From Strigamia acuminata (Eukaryota): a DNA stretch of 64,000 nt. The DNA is taken from contig OX442314.1 in the NCBI GenBank assembly GCA_949358305.1, positions 20,088,001-20,152,000 of the forward strand, written 5' to 3'. Made by a program: the position numbers and the translations under genes. Under the pieces are notes generated by a model. It made no database searches, was not told the DNA's origin, and saw nothing but the letters and a program-made list of their open reading frames with translations. This document shows, one piece after another, positions 36,465 to 50,149 of this stretch. Numbering within the stretch: the stretch's first letter is position 1; every line of letters starts with the position of its first letter.

Positions 36465-37830
36465 CAGTGCGCGACAAAAAGATAGGTGCACCCCATTTTT
36501 TCTTCATTTCTTAGCAATGCGCGCGTGTTGAGTGTTGTTTAAACAAAAGTACAAAATCAAAACAAAATAAACTGCTGAAACAATTGGAGCGATTGAGAAA
36601 CAAACAAAAAATTTATTACAAAAAAATGAAAATAGTGGTGCGACAAAATGATAAGTGCACTACAATCAAACTTCAACCATAAGCAAAATAGTTAAGACAA
36701 TGAACTTGCATGTATAAATGGTGATAAATAGGTGATGTTGGATGAAAACTGTCAAAGCAGATTTTGAAATTGTCCATTTTTAAAGCCACCACATCACTCT
36801 GAACTCCCCGACCCTTAAATTCAAGAAATATGGAATTTTATTGTAATAATGAATTTCTGAGAACACTTTTTAGACTAATTCGGGGTTCCTAATGCATAAT
36901 TTCATAATAGTTTTTAGGTTGGGACTCAATTTTTGTACTAAAACACAACTTGAATGGAAAAGTTGCACATTGACTGGGGCCAAATGGCAGAATTTTGCCT
37001 TTATAACTTGTGCTAGGCGAGCAGCAGGCTTAATTTCAAATAGAATACAGGTTTCCTGCTCATCTTGTACTACTTTTATGTGGCTTAAAAATTTACACGA
37101 CTCAGCACATTAATGCACCTAGAACATTCTGTTTTCTTGCTATAATCAAATGGGCAAATTTTTTTTATTCTGTGCAGGTGGTGTGCTGAGTCGTGTAAAT
37201 TTTTAAGTCACATAAAAGTAGTACAAGATGACCAGGAAACCTGTATTCTATTTGAAATTAAGCCTGCTGCTAGCCTAGCACAAGTTATAAAGGCAAAATT
37301 CTGCAATTTGGCCCCAGTCAATGTGCAACTTTTCCATTCAAGTTGTGTTTTAGTACAAAAATTGAGTCCCAACCTAAAAACTATTATGAAATTATGCATT
37401 AGGAACCCCGAATTAGTCTAAAAAGTGTTCTCAAAAATTCATTATTACAATAAAATTCCATATTTCTTGAATTTAAGGGTCGGGGAGTTCAGAGTGATGT
37501 GGTGGCTTTAAAAATGGACAATTTCAAAATCTGCTTTGACAGTTTTCATCCAACATCACCTATTTATCACCATCTATACATGCAAGTTCATTGTCTTAAC
37601 TATTTTGCTTATGGTTGAAGTTTGATTGTAGTGCACTTATCATTTTGTCGCACCACTATTTTCATTTTTTTGTAATAAATTTTTTGTTTGTTTCTCAATC
37701 GCTCCAATTGTTTCAGCAGTTTATTTTGTTTTGATTTTGTACCTTTGTTTAAAATTTCAACACTCAACACGCGCGCATTGCTAAGAAATGAAGAAAAAAT
37801 GGGGTGCACCTATCTTTTTGTCGCGCACTG
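36465..37830. mobile_element. Foldback Tc1/mariner MITE: ~645-bp arms, ~75-bp spacer, TA TSD
   Basis: TA|CAGTGCGCGACAAAAAGATAGGTGCACC...GGTGCACCTATCTTTTTGTCGCGCACTG|TA; mirror ORFs 36892+ and 37399-. Confidence 0.92.
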
Positions 37831-38138
37831 TATATTAATCAGACCCGGCACTAATTGTCCGAATCGCCATCGACCTTCAGCGCATAACGGACCCCGGCCC
37901 CTAAATGAACCCGGCTATAAATTGAAGCTTCACAGTAAATGTTATAAAACCAAACATTTCAAATTTGATTCAGGATATACTCACTGAAGTAAAAATATTA
38001 TTGAAGTTTGTTATTACAGAATTAAGTATGTATTAATTGTTACTGAAATTAATGTTCGTACTAAAATTTCCTTATAATAAAAGCACATTAAAGCATAGTG
38101 AATTCAGTGTGATATTCTATCGCAGTGTACGAAACACA

Positions 38139-40601
38139 ATGTTTAAAAATTTAATTTTAATTTTCTTGATTGTTTTGATTGAAGCAGTGATAAATGTAAC
38201 GATTTAATGATTCAATATTATTTTAAGATTTTTTTCACTCTTTGCACAATTTTAATTGATTTTTTTTTCATTTTTTGCGTGCTTTTAATTCTTTTTTTTT
38301 TCCAGGGCGAAATCCAATACGCACAGAAACATTGGGATAAAAATATCGAACATAAACTGCAGAGTAAGTAAATAAAATTTCAGACTAACAGCATTCAGTA
38401 GGCGCATTTGTAAAAAACATTTTTAAACTCTGAACCTGCACTTTCCCCATATCTCCGCAGTAATTAAATAAAGTCCAAACTAGACTGCACTCAAAACATG
38501 GTTTAACAGCTAATTAACTTTTCAAAGTGTAGTTTTATCTCAGTCATTTTATTGCTACTTTTCTGTGGCACAATTCTTTTTGCATTAATTGTTTAGATTC
38601 ATTCCAAAAAGATTCAAAAATTAAATTAAAATCATTCGTGAAGATTTGTAGACAACAATTCAAATCTAAAATATCAGATTTCCTAACAAGACCAGCCATT
38701 TTTTATTACTGACCAAGAGCTTGATCTGATTGTTTAACTGCCAATCTTGATCTGAGAGATTAAGTTTGGCAGTTAAACAATCATTTCTTTGTTAAGTAAA
38801 CAATTGCATTCATAAACGAGAAATTTCATCTAAAATTTATCGTGTAAGACAAAAATTTAGCCGAAAATTAATTAAATGCACCTACCGTATTGACTGCTTG
38901 TAATCAATGGGGCATCAAATCAACAAATTTGGGATGATATTCCAATGGCTAAAGACCTAATGGCAAAATTAGAACATTTCTCCATTAGCCACTGGTTTCC
39001 ACTCTAGTTCACCATTGGAATACCATTCACTACAACCAAAGGCAAAATGTGCAATATTCAGAAAGATATTTCCTGCAGCACACTTACGGGATCCTAATGC
39101 AGATGCATAAATTGTAACTTGGAAAAAGCGTGGATGCAAATTTTCCACAAAAATGGCTTATTAAACCTCTTTTGTCACAATTCCTTTGATAAAATATAGA
39201 ATCCCACACCCTACTAGCCATTTCACATCTTACAAAACTTGAACTTCTATTTACAATTTACAAAACATTTTAATTTTTTTTTTATAATTATGACAAACTT
39301 GAAGACATCGACGACTATTTAGAAAGACATTCACTCGATCATCATCATCAACACAAAAAGGCTGAAAGCGTAAACCGAATTGGCATTCTGAAAGCCGATG
39401 TAAGTCAAATTTAGTCGCAGTCCATATCTGAAGAACCTTAACTATAAATCACACCCACCAGAATCTACATCAACGGATGAGCGATGCTGACAGAGTGAAT
39501 TCAATAGTATCATACTACAAGACTAAGAAATTACAAAAAAATCTTCTTCAAGCCCTAGAAGAAAATGACAGTTATGAATACCCAAAGAAAAAAATACCTT
39601 CAAAATATCATGGAGATTATGAAAACATTATTGGAAGAGGTTATTGGGGAGGTTTCAAAGGTTCAAATTCAGATTCCAACTCTGACTCGCATGAACAGCC
39701 AAAAGGTAAAGCAGCAAATCTACCGCCAGTTATTCACGTTCATCACCACCACTATAACGGCAACAACAACAATGAAGAAATCGTCTTACCCCAAACATCC
39801 AAATCAAGTGGATTTAATACAAATATTAATTTAAATATGGTTCACAACCAAAACCCAGCTGGAGTTAATTCAAATGTTAATCCAAATAAGGGTTTCAACG
39901 AAAACACAGCTGTATTTCATCCAAATAAGTTTTTGAACCAAAACTCAGGTGGAGTTAATACAAATATTAATCCAAATAAGGGTTACCACGAAAACCCAGC
40001 TGGATATCATCCAAATAAGCCTTTGAACCAAAACTCAGGTGGAGTTAATAAAAATATTAATCAAAATAAGGGTTACCATGTAAACTCAGCTGGATATCAT
40101 CCAAATAAGCCTTTAAACCAAAACTCAGGTGGAATTAATACAAATATTAATCAAATTCAGAGTTTTAATCAACACAATCAAAACATTGGAAACATTATTG
40201 CCATAACCAGTTTAAAAAATGCACAAAATAGTCTAAGATGTAAGTAATAACAATGATATTGCCATCGTCTACTTAAAATTAATGCATAAAATATTAATGC
40301 CTCAAATTTCAGCTTTGTATAAACCTGACAAACACCCTAGGTAGTGAAATTATTCTTTTTTTTAGTAGAAAGTATTATTTAAAATTCTAAATTTATGGGT
40401 AAAATAATAAACTTTTCTTCCCCAACTTATTTTAGTTCTAGCAGATCTTCAAGGTCAAATAGTTTATCGTCGTCGTCCTCGTCGTCGTCGTCATCGTCAT
40501 CGTCGTCGTCGTCGTCGTCCTCCTCGTCGTCGTCGTCATCGTCATCGTCATCGTCGTCGTCGTCCTCCTCGTCTGAAAGTGATAGTTCTAGTAGAGATTG
40601 A
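38139..40601 (+). CDS. G6: apparently intact secreted protein, ~393 aa; exons 38139-38195, 38306-38363, 39305-39399, 39462-40239, 40313-40340, 40436-40601
   Basis: MFKNLILIFLIVLIEAVIN signal; exon lengths sum to 1182 nt (394 codons); contains the DADRVN domain, PPVIHVHHHHY, NPNKG repeats and a poly-Ser tail. Confidence 0.8.
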
Positions 40602-42148
40602 AACAACTAACTTTGTACAATTTCAGCTAATAGCCGCTCCTTGTTAGCTTTATCAGCAAAGATAAATAGTATTGTCAAAATAAAATTTTTCAAAATTCAA
40701 TAATTTAAATAATTAAATTTTTTATTTTTACTACCGTGAAACAAATATCCAAAAATGTTGCCAATATTCAAATTGCAGACCTACGTGCCTTTTACTGCTT
40801 TGTGTCATGTTTCTGTTTATATCATTGAAGTAAATACGAACTAAAATAAAGACAATTTTTGTCAACATTTCAACACAATTTGCACGAAACTCTGCCAAAT
40901 CGAGTGTTAGTCTAAGTTTTTAATTTGCTAGTAGTTCCTAAACTGTACACGCAGCGCCGTGACTGGCCTACAGGGGTGCAGTGAAATATTGCAATATTAG
41001 ACATCGAATACAAAAATAATAATAATAAATAGATTCCATCATTGTTTGTGATTTTTGTGATAATTCGCATTTAATTTTCTGTACATAATTGCATCAAGTC
41101 ACCAACAGCGCTCCGCAACTGTCAGGTATGTATTCTAGAACGACGGTTTGACTTGGGGAGCTGTGGAAAAACTTTGAAACAAGTGCACCGTAAACCAAAA
41201 ATATTTGAGATCCACTGTGCTACATTATCTATCTATCAAAACAGTATAATAATTTCGCTGGTTTGAACTTTTCTGCCAGCTTCGAGGTACCGATGTACTT
41301 CTATGTAAAAATCCATAGTAACTTAATTGCAAATGCAAATATTGTAAAAACTAGAATTTTAAAACTGATAAAATAATGTTGTTATTGAATTTATTGTATT
41401 TGTTTAATGGAGTGGAGAGAAATACTTTTATTTACATTTCGAGTTTGATTGTTAACAGTTTGGTATTTGACCTTTAGATTGTTCAGGATTCCAGTAATTT
41501 GACCTACATTTAAATATGACGCTGATGACGAAATTGCCAATCTTGATGAATCATTGAATGTTTGGAATTTCCTTTTGTTTTATTTGAAGAATAAAGAACC
41601 AGGTAGCTGCATTCATAAACTCCAAAACGCCTCGTTTCTGTCGTTTCGTGTCTGTGCGTGTGACGTCATTCCCATTAGAGAAGACATTTTGCCCGTTTCA
41701 TTATTTATATTTTATTTCGCGTACTTCAGAACAATTAAAGCAATTATTCAATTTACTTTATTTTTGTGTGTTAAAATCATTTCCCCTAGACAACCTTGGC
41801 CGCTGAGTAAAAGTCCTATACGGCATCTCAACGGTGATTATTTGATATTATCCCCGAATATTAAGTAGTAAAACCCAAACTTCTACTCAGCGGCCAAGGT
41901 TGTCTAGGGGAAATGATGGGGAATGATGTCACACGTACAGACACGAAAGGACAGAAACGAGGCGTTTTAGAGTTTTTGATTGAATGCAGCGAATGTAATC
42001 TTTGTAACGAGACCATGTGGACATGTGAGTTTTTCGTTCAAGTTTGAACAAGAGAGATTTGACAATAATAGGCAACACTTTACTGTCAGAAGAATATTTA
42101 CGATTTTGAGAACTTACAGTGTTAAAATTAACAAATATCATTATTCAT

Positions 42149-42732
42149 TGTGAGAGTGGACGGGCACAGTTCGGGCACAGGAATGCCCAAACAGCGCCGG
42201 ACGCACGGCACGTAAGGATGGAAGACACACAAGAGACTGAGCTTAATGGTTTATGGCCTTCATTCAGTGTCTAGGGGGTCAGTTCCTGTATCTCTCCCAT
42301 TGCTACGCTGCATTGCTGCAGCATACCTGCGACCACACGCAGCACACACGTGGTTAGAAACTAGGGTTAACCTGGCTGTGCGGCGTGGTCACGCTGATGT
42401 TCATTTGGCCCATGGTGATCGCTCTCGATACTGGGACTGGCCACTGGCGTACCAGCCAAGTCCCTAAGTGTCACCATGATGAACAAGAGTGTGGAGCGGT
42501 CTGATGTTGGTCAGAGCCGTTCCTACAGAACTCTGGCTACAAACAGGATGTTGGGCCTTTTATAGCCCACTCCTGCACCATGGGTACGAGAGTACCTCTT
42601 CCCATTGGTTGTGGGGTCGGTGACCGGATATGATGTCATCCTGGTCACTGACCCTCAACCGTCAACGCCACCTGGCGGGTGGGGTTGGGCTGGGCCATGC
42701 GGGAGTGTTGCAGTGGCCGATAATTGGTCACA
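42149..42732 (-). mobile_element. Solo LTR (584 bp), 4-bp TSD TCAT (Gypsy-like)
   Basis: TCAT|TGTGAG...GTCACA|TCAT; TATAAAA on the minus strand; diverged partial copy at ~50150-50440. Confidence 0.85.
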
Positions 42733-43229
42733 TCATTAACTACGTATTATCTTGCTAACATTAACATTATTTATAACAGTAACTAATATGCAAGATGTTA
42801 TTTGCTTTAGGTCTAAGCTTATTCCATTCTTTTAGTCATGTGTTACCGGAATGCAGTTTTTGCTACAAATTCCATGCTGGTTTAGCAACCGCCGTCTAAA
42901 CCAAGAGGCAAGCGCAAGGGAGTCACAGCCTTTCAGCTCCTCACACCATTTCACCAGACGCCATGTTAAGGACTAATCTCAAAAAATTTAAATTTTTGAA
43001 TTTCTCCCACCTAATGTTGGTAAAACGTTGCATTTGCATTCTTGGTGCATCACAATCAGAAGGTTCTGTTAAAATAGTTTCCACCCTTATTCTGCCTAAA
43101 TGGGGGGTAAATTAAACGCCCCCCAAAAAACTTGGAGTCCCCCCAAATAAAACTGATTCGCCCCTCTTTTTCACCCCCCAAAAAGTTATTTGCCCCCCTT
43201 TTTTTTAGGAACCTCTCCCCAAATTTTTA

Positions 43230-44133
43230 TTAGGCAAAATGGCTTATGAACGTCGGAAAAACGTTACGCCAGTAACTTTTTTTGCAACGTTCATGCTTCT
43301 CTGAGTATATAAGCCAACATATTATTATTGTTTTGTATTCGTGTTCAACAATGACATCCCAAGTTGTTGTTTTCGCAAACCCAGACTCGAGTTGGATACT
43401 GCTAAAAAGACACTGCGGGAAAGTGACATCGACAAGTGCATATGACAGGTTGACCTTAAAAACCGGCGCCACTTCGATACATACATACAGTCGAAGAATA
43501 GTTTATGGCCTGTGACCATAGAAAATAGCAAATAGGACAAAGGGACTTGCACATGTCCCACTTTTTTTAAGACCTACATGTGTGAACACATTTTAGGTAT
43601 AGTGATTGGTGAGAAGCTATACTCTTAGGGTTTCGGTACCGGGAAACCGGGGTACCGATTTCCCGGGAAACCCGGTGAAAAATCACGGTACCGGGAACCG
43701 GGAATTTTCAAAATAACCGGTTCCGTCAAAAAACGTCATTAAAACGTCATTTTCGTCATTGAAACGTAACAATTTGTATTGTTTCAATGATGAAAATGGC
43801 TATTTTTACCATAAAAAATGGCTAAAATTGGCCATTTTTTAAGAAAAATGGCTAAAATGGGCCTTTTTTGACAAAAAATGGCTAAAATTGGCCATTTTTT
43901 TTACGAAAAACGGCCCTTTTTAGCAATTTTTTGTCGCCTGATTGTAATTCCCGGGAGTACCGATTTCCCGGGAATACCGGCCATTTTGGTACCGGGAACC
44001 GGGAATTGGAAAAGGGCGGAAAAACCGAAACCCTATATACTCTGTTCCACTTAAGGCGAAGAATGTCCCTCTAGGTCAAAAAAGAAAACGTGGCAGGCCG
44101 TCTAAGGCTAAAAAAGCACTGATGGCCCAATAA
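43230..44133 (+). pseudogene. MULE transposase C-terminal remnant (SWIM finger + AT-hook), split by a hAT MITE
   Basis: GTCTCPTFFKTYMCEHILG (CxC-x7-CxH); after removing the MITE, VPLKAKNVPLGQKRKRGRPSKAKKAL. Confidence 0.75.
43626..44035. mobile_element. hAT-type MITE, 8-bp TSD TATACTCT
   Basis: TAGGGTTTCGG...CCGAAACCCTA flanked by TATACTCT. Confidence 0.9.
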
Positions 44134-44489
44134 TTTATTCTTCTGAGGTTTGTTTTGGGGGTTAAATGAGTTTTTTCTGTTTTTTTTTTTCGGGAAAAAA
44201 AAAAGCTTTTTCGAAGGGCAAAAGAAGTTTTTTTGGGGGGAGGAGCAGTATTTTCGGTTTAGTTTTATTTGGGGGGAAAACTAGTTTTTTCCGGGGGGAA
44301 ATGGATATTTCTGGGGGGCCATTATATCATATCCGTCTAAATGCATACGCTCAAGGTATTAAAAATTCACACGTCCAGACTAGAATGCGGCTGGTATGAG
44401 TACAAAAGTAACTGTCCATACGCCCCTCGGCAGTTCACTTCGTAGCCCAAAACGGCGACGAAGTGATTCACCATAATAAGATCTAAATC

Positions 44490-44852
44490 AGAGATATTTG
44501 GGACACAAATCAGAGATATTTGGACACAAATCAGAGATATTTGGACACAAATCAGAGATATTTGGATACAAATTTGAGATATATGGACACACATTTGGGA
44601 TGTTTGGACACAAGTCTTAGATATTTGGACACAAGTCTGAGATATTTAGACACAAGTCTGAGATATTTGGACAAAATTGGAGATATTTGGACACAAACTG
44701 GAGATATTTGGATACAAATTGGAGATATTTGGATACAAATTGGAGATATTTGGACACAAATTGGAGATATTTGGACACAAATTGGAGATATTTGGACACA
44801 AATTGGAGATATTTAGACACAAATTGGAGATATTTGGACACAAATTGGAGAT
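44490..44852. repeat. 21-bp minisatellite (GAGATATTTGGACACAAATTG), ~17 units
   Basis: Direct tandem array without spacers. Confidence 0.95.
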
Positions 44853-45340
44853 ACCGAATTATTTCGAATATAAGAGCTGCGGCCTTTATTGAAAACTGCA
44901 ATCGTTGACGGCAACTTCGATTTCTGTTGTTCATATAAAAATAATAAGAGCCACGGCTAAGGGTGCAAAAAAAATACCTTATTATCGCGATAGTCGCGAT
45001 GGTGTATAAGGGGTTCTACATTGTTGGAACATTGCAATCGAGTCACTTTTGCTGTCAAAGGAGTTTTCTTCTCGACAGTCAAGAGATAAAATATTATGAA
45101 TGATTAACTAATAAAATTGATGTCATAATTGAGTGTTAAACCAACCATTTCAAATTTGATTCAGGATATACAGTACTCACGAAAGAAATAAAAATGTTAT
45201 TCAAGTTTGTTATTACAGAACTAAGTACATATTAATTGTTACTGAAATTAATGTCGGCATTAAAATTTCACTAGAATAAAGGCACGTTAAATCAAAGTGA
45301 ATTTAGTGTTATATTTTATCACATTGCGCTAGTCTCCAGA

Positions 45341-48300
45341 ATGTTTACAAAGTTAATTTCAATTGTCTTGATTGTTTTGATTCAATCAGTGATAGACGTA
45401 ATGATTAATTAATTCCATGTTATTTGAAGAAGTTATGGACGTTACTTTCAATGTTTTGCGATTTACTTGTTTATTTCAGGGCAAATACCAATACGGATAT
45501 TGGAGTAGAAGCCTAGAACCTAAACTGCGTGTATATTTGCAGAGTAAGTAAATAAAATCAAAGACTAACTGCACTCAGTAGGCGCTTTCATAAAGTCTTA
45601 AAAATGCTTTTATGACTATCATAAAGTCATAAAAGCATTTTTAAACTCTGAACCTGCACTTCACCCACATTTCCGCAGTAAGTAAACAAAATCTAAATTT
45701 TTGCGTAAGTCAGAGATTCCTAACCTTTATTTCCCCGCAAGCCAAATTTTCAAAACGAATATTTCTGACGATCAAAATTTCGAATCACATTTTCCTGGCA
45801 ACCCATTCATTCGACTAAGTGGTCAAGATTGCGAATTATATAGTTTCAAATCATGTACATATGAAAATGGTTCAAGTGCACATTCAATGGTTTCAACAAG
45901 TCCTTACAACATGATTTTCTTGATATTAATATTAACCCTCGGAGGCATAAGGGTAAAATGTGCCGTTTTGGTATAAGGCATTACGAATTTATGGACAATT
46001 TTCAGATAAATTAGTTGAAGCGCTGTTTAGGTTTTTTTTTAGTTCGCTACTAAATGTCTAGCGGGCGCTACCGGTAGTGTCGGAACATCCAGCATCCAAT
46101 CTGATGCTAATCCAAAATACCTTGCTTTGAATTTGCTATTCAAAAGTGTAAAAATGTTAGAAACGTAATTATACATAAGAAAAACCAACATTTAGCTATT
46201 AATTACTGTATAAAAATCATGGTAAATTTGAATTTTCCACCATAAATTATCAACGCGCATGCGCAAACATTTAGTTTTGAGCAGCTGGTCAGAGTTTGAA
46301 GCTTTTAGTTGAAGCGGTCTTATCTTTAAGCAGTGAAGCCAGCTTTATTGTTAAGCTGGAGTTTTAAGGGGCACCAATTTTGCAAATAGAATATATAATT
46401 AAATAAATGATGAATCATTACAAATTACACCTGAGATTTAATTTATTATCAGATAAACAAATTCACAAATTTTCAGAAAAAATAAATCACTTGGAAATAA
46501 ATTTTCATATTCAACAAATTGGTTGTTCATAAATCCGTATAGCCTTATGCCTCCGAGGGTTAAAATAGCGAATTATTTATTCTGTAACCGACTCCTTGCG
46601 ACTCAAAAAAATGCCTTGCGACCCAGATTTGAGTCTCACCCCTGTTCTAAGTTTAAAATAAAATGAAATTACTAAAGCTGCATTTCTAAAACATTTTAAA
46701 TATTTTTTTTGATAATTATGACAAACCTGAAGATTTCGACGACTATTTAGAAAGACACACACCCCACTATTACCATCATCAAAAAAAGTCATCACGAATT
46801 GGCAGTCTGGAACCATCAAATACTGCAAAAAGACCAATATACAGACACAATGTAAGGCAATTACAGTCGCAGTCCACATCTTATGAATCTTTATCTATGA
46901 ATCACACCCACTAGAATCTATATCAACGGACAAGCGATGCTGACAGAGTGAATGCAATAGTAGCATACTACAAAACTAAGAAATTACAAAAAAATCTACT
47001 TCAAGCTCTAGAAGAAGATGACAGTTATCAAAATAAGCGTTCCAACCAAAACTATCAAAACCTTAAACCCCTTGGCACAAGTGGAATTGCAAGAGCACTA
47101 AATGATCTAGGAGGTAAGTTACACTGGGTACACTGGTCACTTAGGTCAACCAAAGCTTATGAAAACCAAAAGAAGAAAATAGTACTTCCAAATTATCATG
47201 GAGATTCTAAAAATATTCATGAAAGTGAATATGGAAATATAGAAGCTCCATACAGGACATCTTACTTATATAAACAAATAATTTTGAACTCGGATTCGGA
47301 TTCGGATTCGGATTCGGATTCCGATTCGGATTCCGATTCCGATATTTTTGAAAGAGAATATAGTAATAGAGGAGTTCCAAATTTGAATTCTTACAAATCT
47401 GTATATTCGCATTCGCATTTTTTAATATTTTATTAGTCACAGAGTTTAATAATTACTCGTTGCGCACTACACAAATCCAAACATTATTTCCAGAACTTGT
47501 TTTCCTAACTATACTTTCCATTTCAAAATCATAATTATTTAAATATTTTCTTACAGTAATATTCCACCATCTTAAACTTATTGTGTCACTTGACCGTTTG
47601 AATTTGTGTGCAAGACCGCTTTTCTTCACCCAAATGCAAACCTACAGTTGTCCCCTTTAATGCAATAATTACTATTTGAAGTCACTGCCTTTAAGTTTTC
47701 ATCTTGTGATATTATATTTCTTTTAACCGAGTATAGAAAAGATCAATAAAGGAAAAAATAAGAAGAATAAGAAGAAAAAGAAAAAAACAGCGTTGAATAC
47801 GAATTCGGATTCGGATTCTAACTCGAATGAAAATATAATAGGCAAAGCCTATGTACCAATATATTTGCGGGCAGTTGTACCTAAAAATGCACCTAAAGAT
47901 GCAAGTAAAGCTGTACCGTCAGTTCTACCTAAAAATGCACCTAAAGGTGCACTTAAAGCTGTACCGTCAGTTGTATCTAAAGCTATACTGTCAGTTGTAC
48001 CGCCAGTTGTACCGCCAGTTGAACCTCCGATTGTAGTTGTACAGCCAATTGTACCGCCAAATGCACAACCAGCTGCACCGCCAGTGAAGCCTCCAGTTGT
48101 ACAGCCAGGTGTGCCGCCAGTTATACAACCAGGTGCACCGCCAGTGAAACCTCCAGTTGTACAGCCAGGTGTACCGCCAGTTATACAACCAGGTGTACCG
48201 CCAGTTGTAAAGCCAGGTGTACCGCCAGTTGTACAGCCAGGTGTACCGCCAGGTGTACCGCCAGTTGTACCGCCAAATGCACAACCAACTGCACCGACAA

Positions 48301-48788
48301 TTGTTCACATCCATCACTACCATTATCCAGAAAACAAGCACACAGATATCGTAAACAACCTAAGCACAGGCACAGCATCAAACGGACTTAGTCTAAATTT
48401 TAGTCAGAATATGGTTTTCACACCAAACTTTCAAAACCTTGAAAACGTTGACACACCCTCATTTGGAAGAAAACTATTAAAGAAACCTATTAAAAACTAG
48501 TAAGTTATAAAATGATATTATCATCAACTTGAAATCAATGCATAAAATATTACTGTAACACTTTTCAGCAATCCGTTCGAAACATTAAAATTCACTGGAG
48601 ACTTTCCTTCAAAAATGAGAAATATGAAAACCAAACAAGTTCAGACTTCAGAAGGTGGTTTTAACGCAAATATCAATCAGAATAATGTATTCTCTCCTAC
48701 GTTTGGAAATTTGGGTAACATAGGCAACATTGGAGGAAGACAAAATTTTGAAAAGAAAAGATATAACAATATCAGAACTATTGTTTAA
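45341..48788 (+). CDS. G7: family gene with Pro/Val-rich module (exons ~45341-45398, 45480-45543, 46733-46851, 46915-47113 or longer, 47737-48499, 48569-48788); possible pseudogene
   Basis: Homologous exons; +1 T in an exon 1 T-run shifts the frame; PPVVQPGV repeats and PTIVHIHHYHY; last exon has [17 protein letters not shown]. Confidence 0.6.
45936..46559. mobile_element. piggyBac-type MITE, TTAA TSD
   Basis: TTAA|CCCTCGGAGGCATAAGG...CCTTATGCCTCCGAGGG|TTAA. Confidence 0.9.
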
Positions 48789-50149
48789 AAGTCGTATTGT
48801 AAAAAAAGTGGGTTTTGGAAGCGACGCCATGTTTGGTCGCCAGGGGTCACTTTGGTGACCGATACTGTAAATAGGTTGAGTTCACTCTAATGTAAAGGGA
48901 GGGGAACTTTATTAGAATATCCTGTTTTTGAATAAAATATTCACTGTTACCAATGTAACCATTGCATATGCGTGCTTTTCTTTACCATCCAATCAGAATC
49001 AGTTTAAATCCAATACTATCCGAACTATAAATTAACTTTAATGACTTTCAAATAATAATTAGAGTTGCTACCGTAGCCGCAACAAACAGTAAGTGGTAAA
49101 TCCGAAAATTTAGCTTGGAAATTGTTTTTTTTCCTTCTTCTTTCTATTTGATTGGTCACAGCTGTGGTTCCCAACCTTAATGTTGAATATGATATTTTAT
49201 ATATATTATGAATTTACTAATTACAAATTATGTAGATATTTATAATATAAATTGGACACATGATGCAATGATATTAAGTGATTTATATTGTTCAGTCTCC
49301 AAACAATAAAACTGAATCACGTACTTGGAGTTGATTTATTCTCATGTTCTAAATTACATGAAATAACAAGCTGGTTGAGCAGCCAACAAAGGTTATGAGC
49401 CCCTCAAAAAGAAGCACATGCCAAGCAATTGCAAGTACATCATTGAAAATTGAAATATAATTGGGAATTGTCGTCATATGTCCAAGACTGCACGGACACA
49501 TGTTCGGATGAGGCACAGTCGTGTACAGAAAAAGTAAATAGCGTCACTGCAAATCTAAAAGAAAACATGCAAGAGCATGATGAAAATTTGACAGTAATTG
49601 TCAAGCTGAATTGGACGGAATTGGACAAATTGATCAGTTAGAATATTGACACTTTTTGAAGCAAAAGTGTTGCAACATGCTTTTACAGAAGATGTCCCCA
49701 TCGTCATGATTGGTGAAACTCCAGAAGCATTAAAAGTCAGACAAGATAAATGGAAAAAAGACCAGTCCAGAGTAATTAACCAATGGGAAAAAGTGCTCTA
49801 TACTCTGGCTCACTATAAGAATGCACTCTTTCCCATTGGGCCCAGCATGATTACTCCTAACTGTTGACTGTGTACTACCACCAGGAAAAGTAGTTTTGTT
49901 TTGTTTTTAATTTGTTTGATTATTATAATAATTAAAATGATGTAAAATGATTTGTTTTTTATAATAGAATATTTTTTAAATTCTTAAAATAATGTTTTAA
50001 GCTGTTTTTATTTCAATATTCATGTTTATTCAGTTTATTGCTTGCTTTGTCAGGAAAGCAAACACTTTTCTAATTTTTTTATTGGTTGTTTTATCTGCAA
50101 AGCAGTCAAAATGTCAGCCAGTGTTTTAATTAATTTTGCTTTGAGATTG

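Noticed and set aside
44490..44852. 21-bp array as CRISPR or as protein-coding (ORFs in 5 frames)
   Set aside because: Head-to-tail minisatellite without spacers; ORFs arise from stop-free repeats.
49450..49867. Two short adjacent ORFs as a gene
   Set aside because: No recognisable domain or supported splice structure; may be a TE fragment, cannot call.
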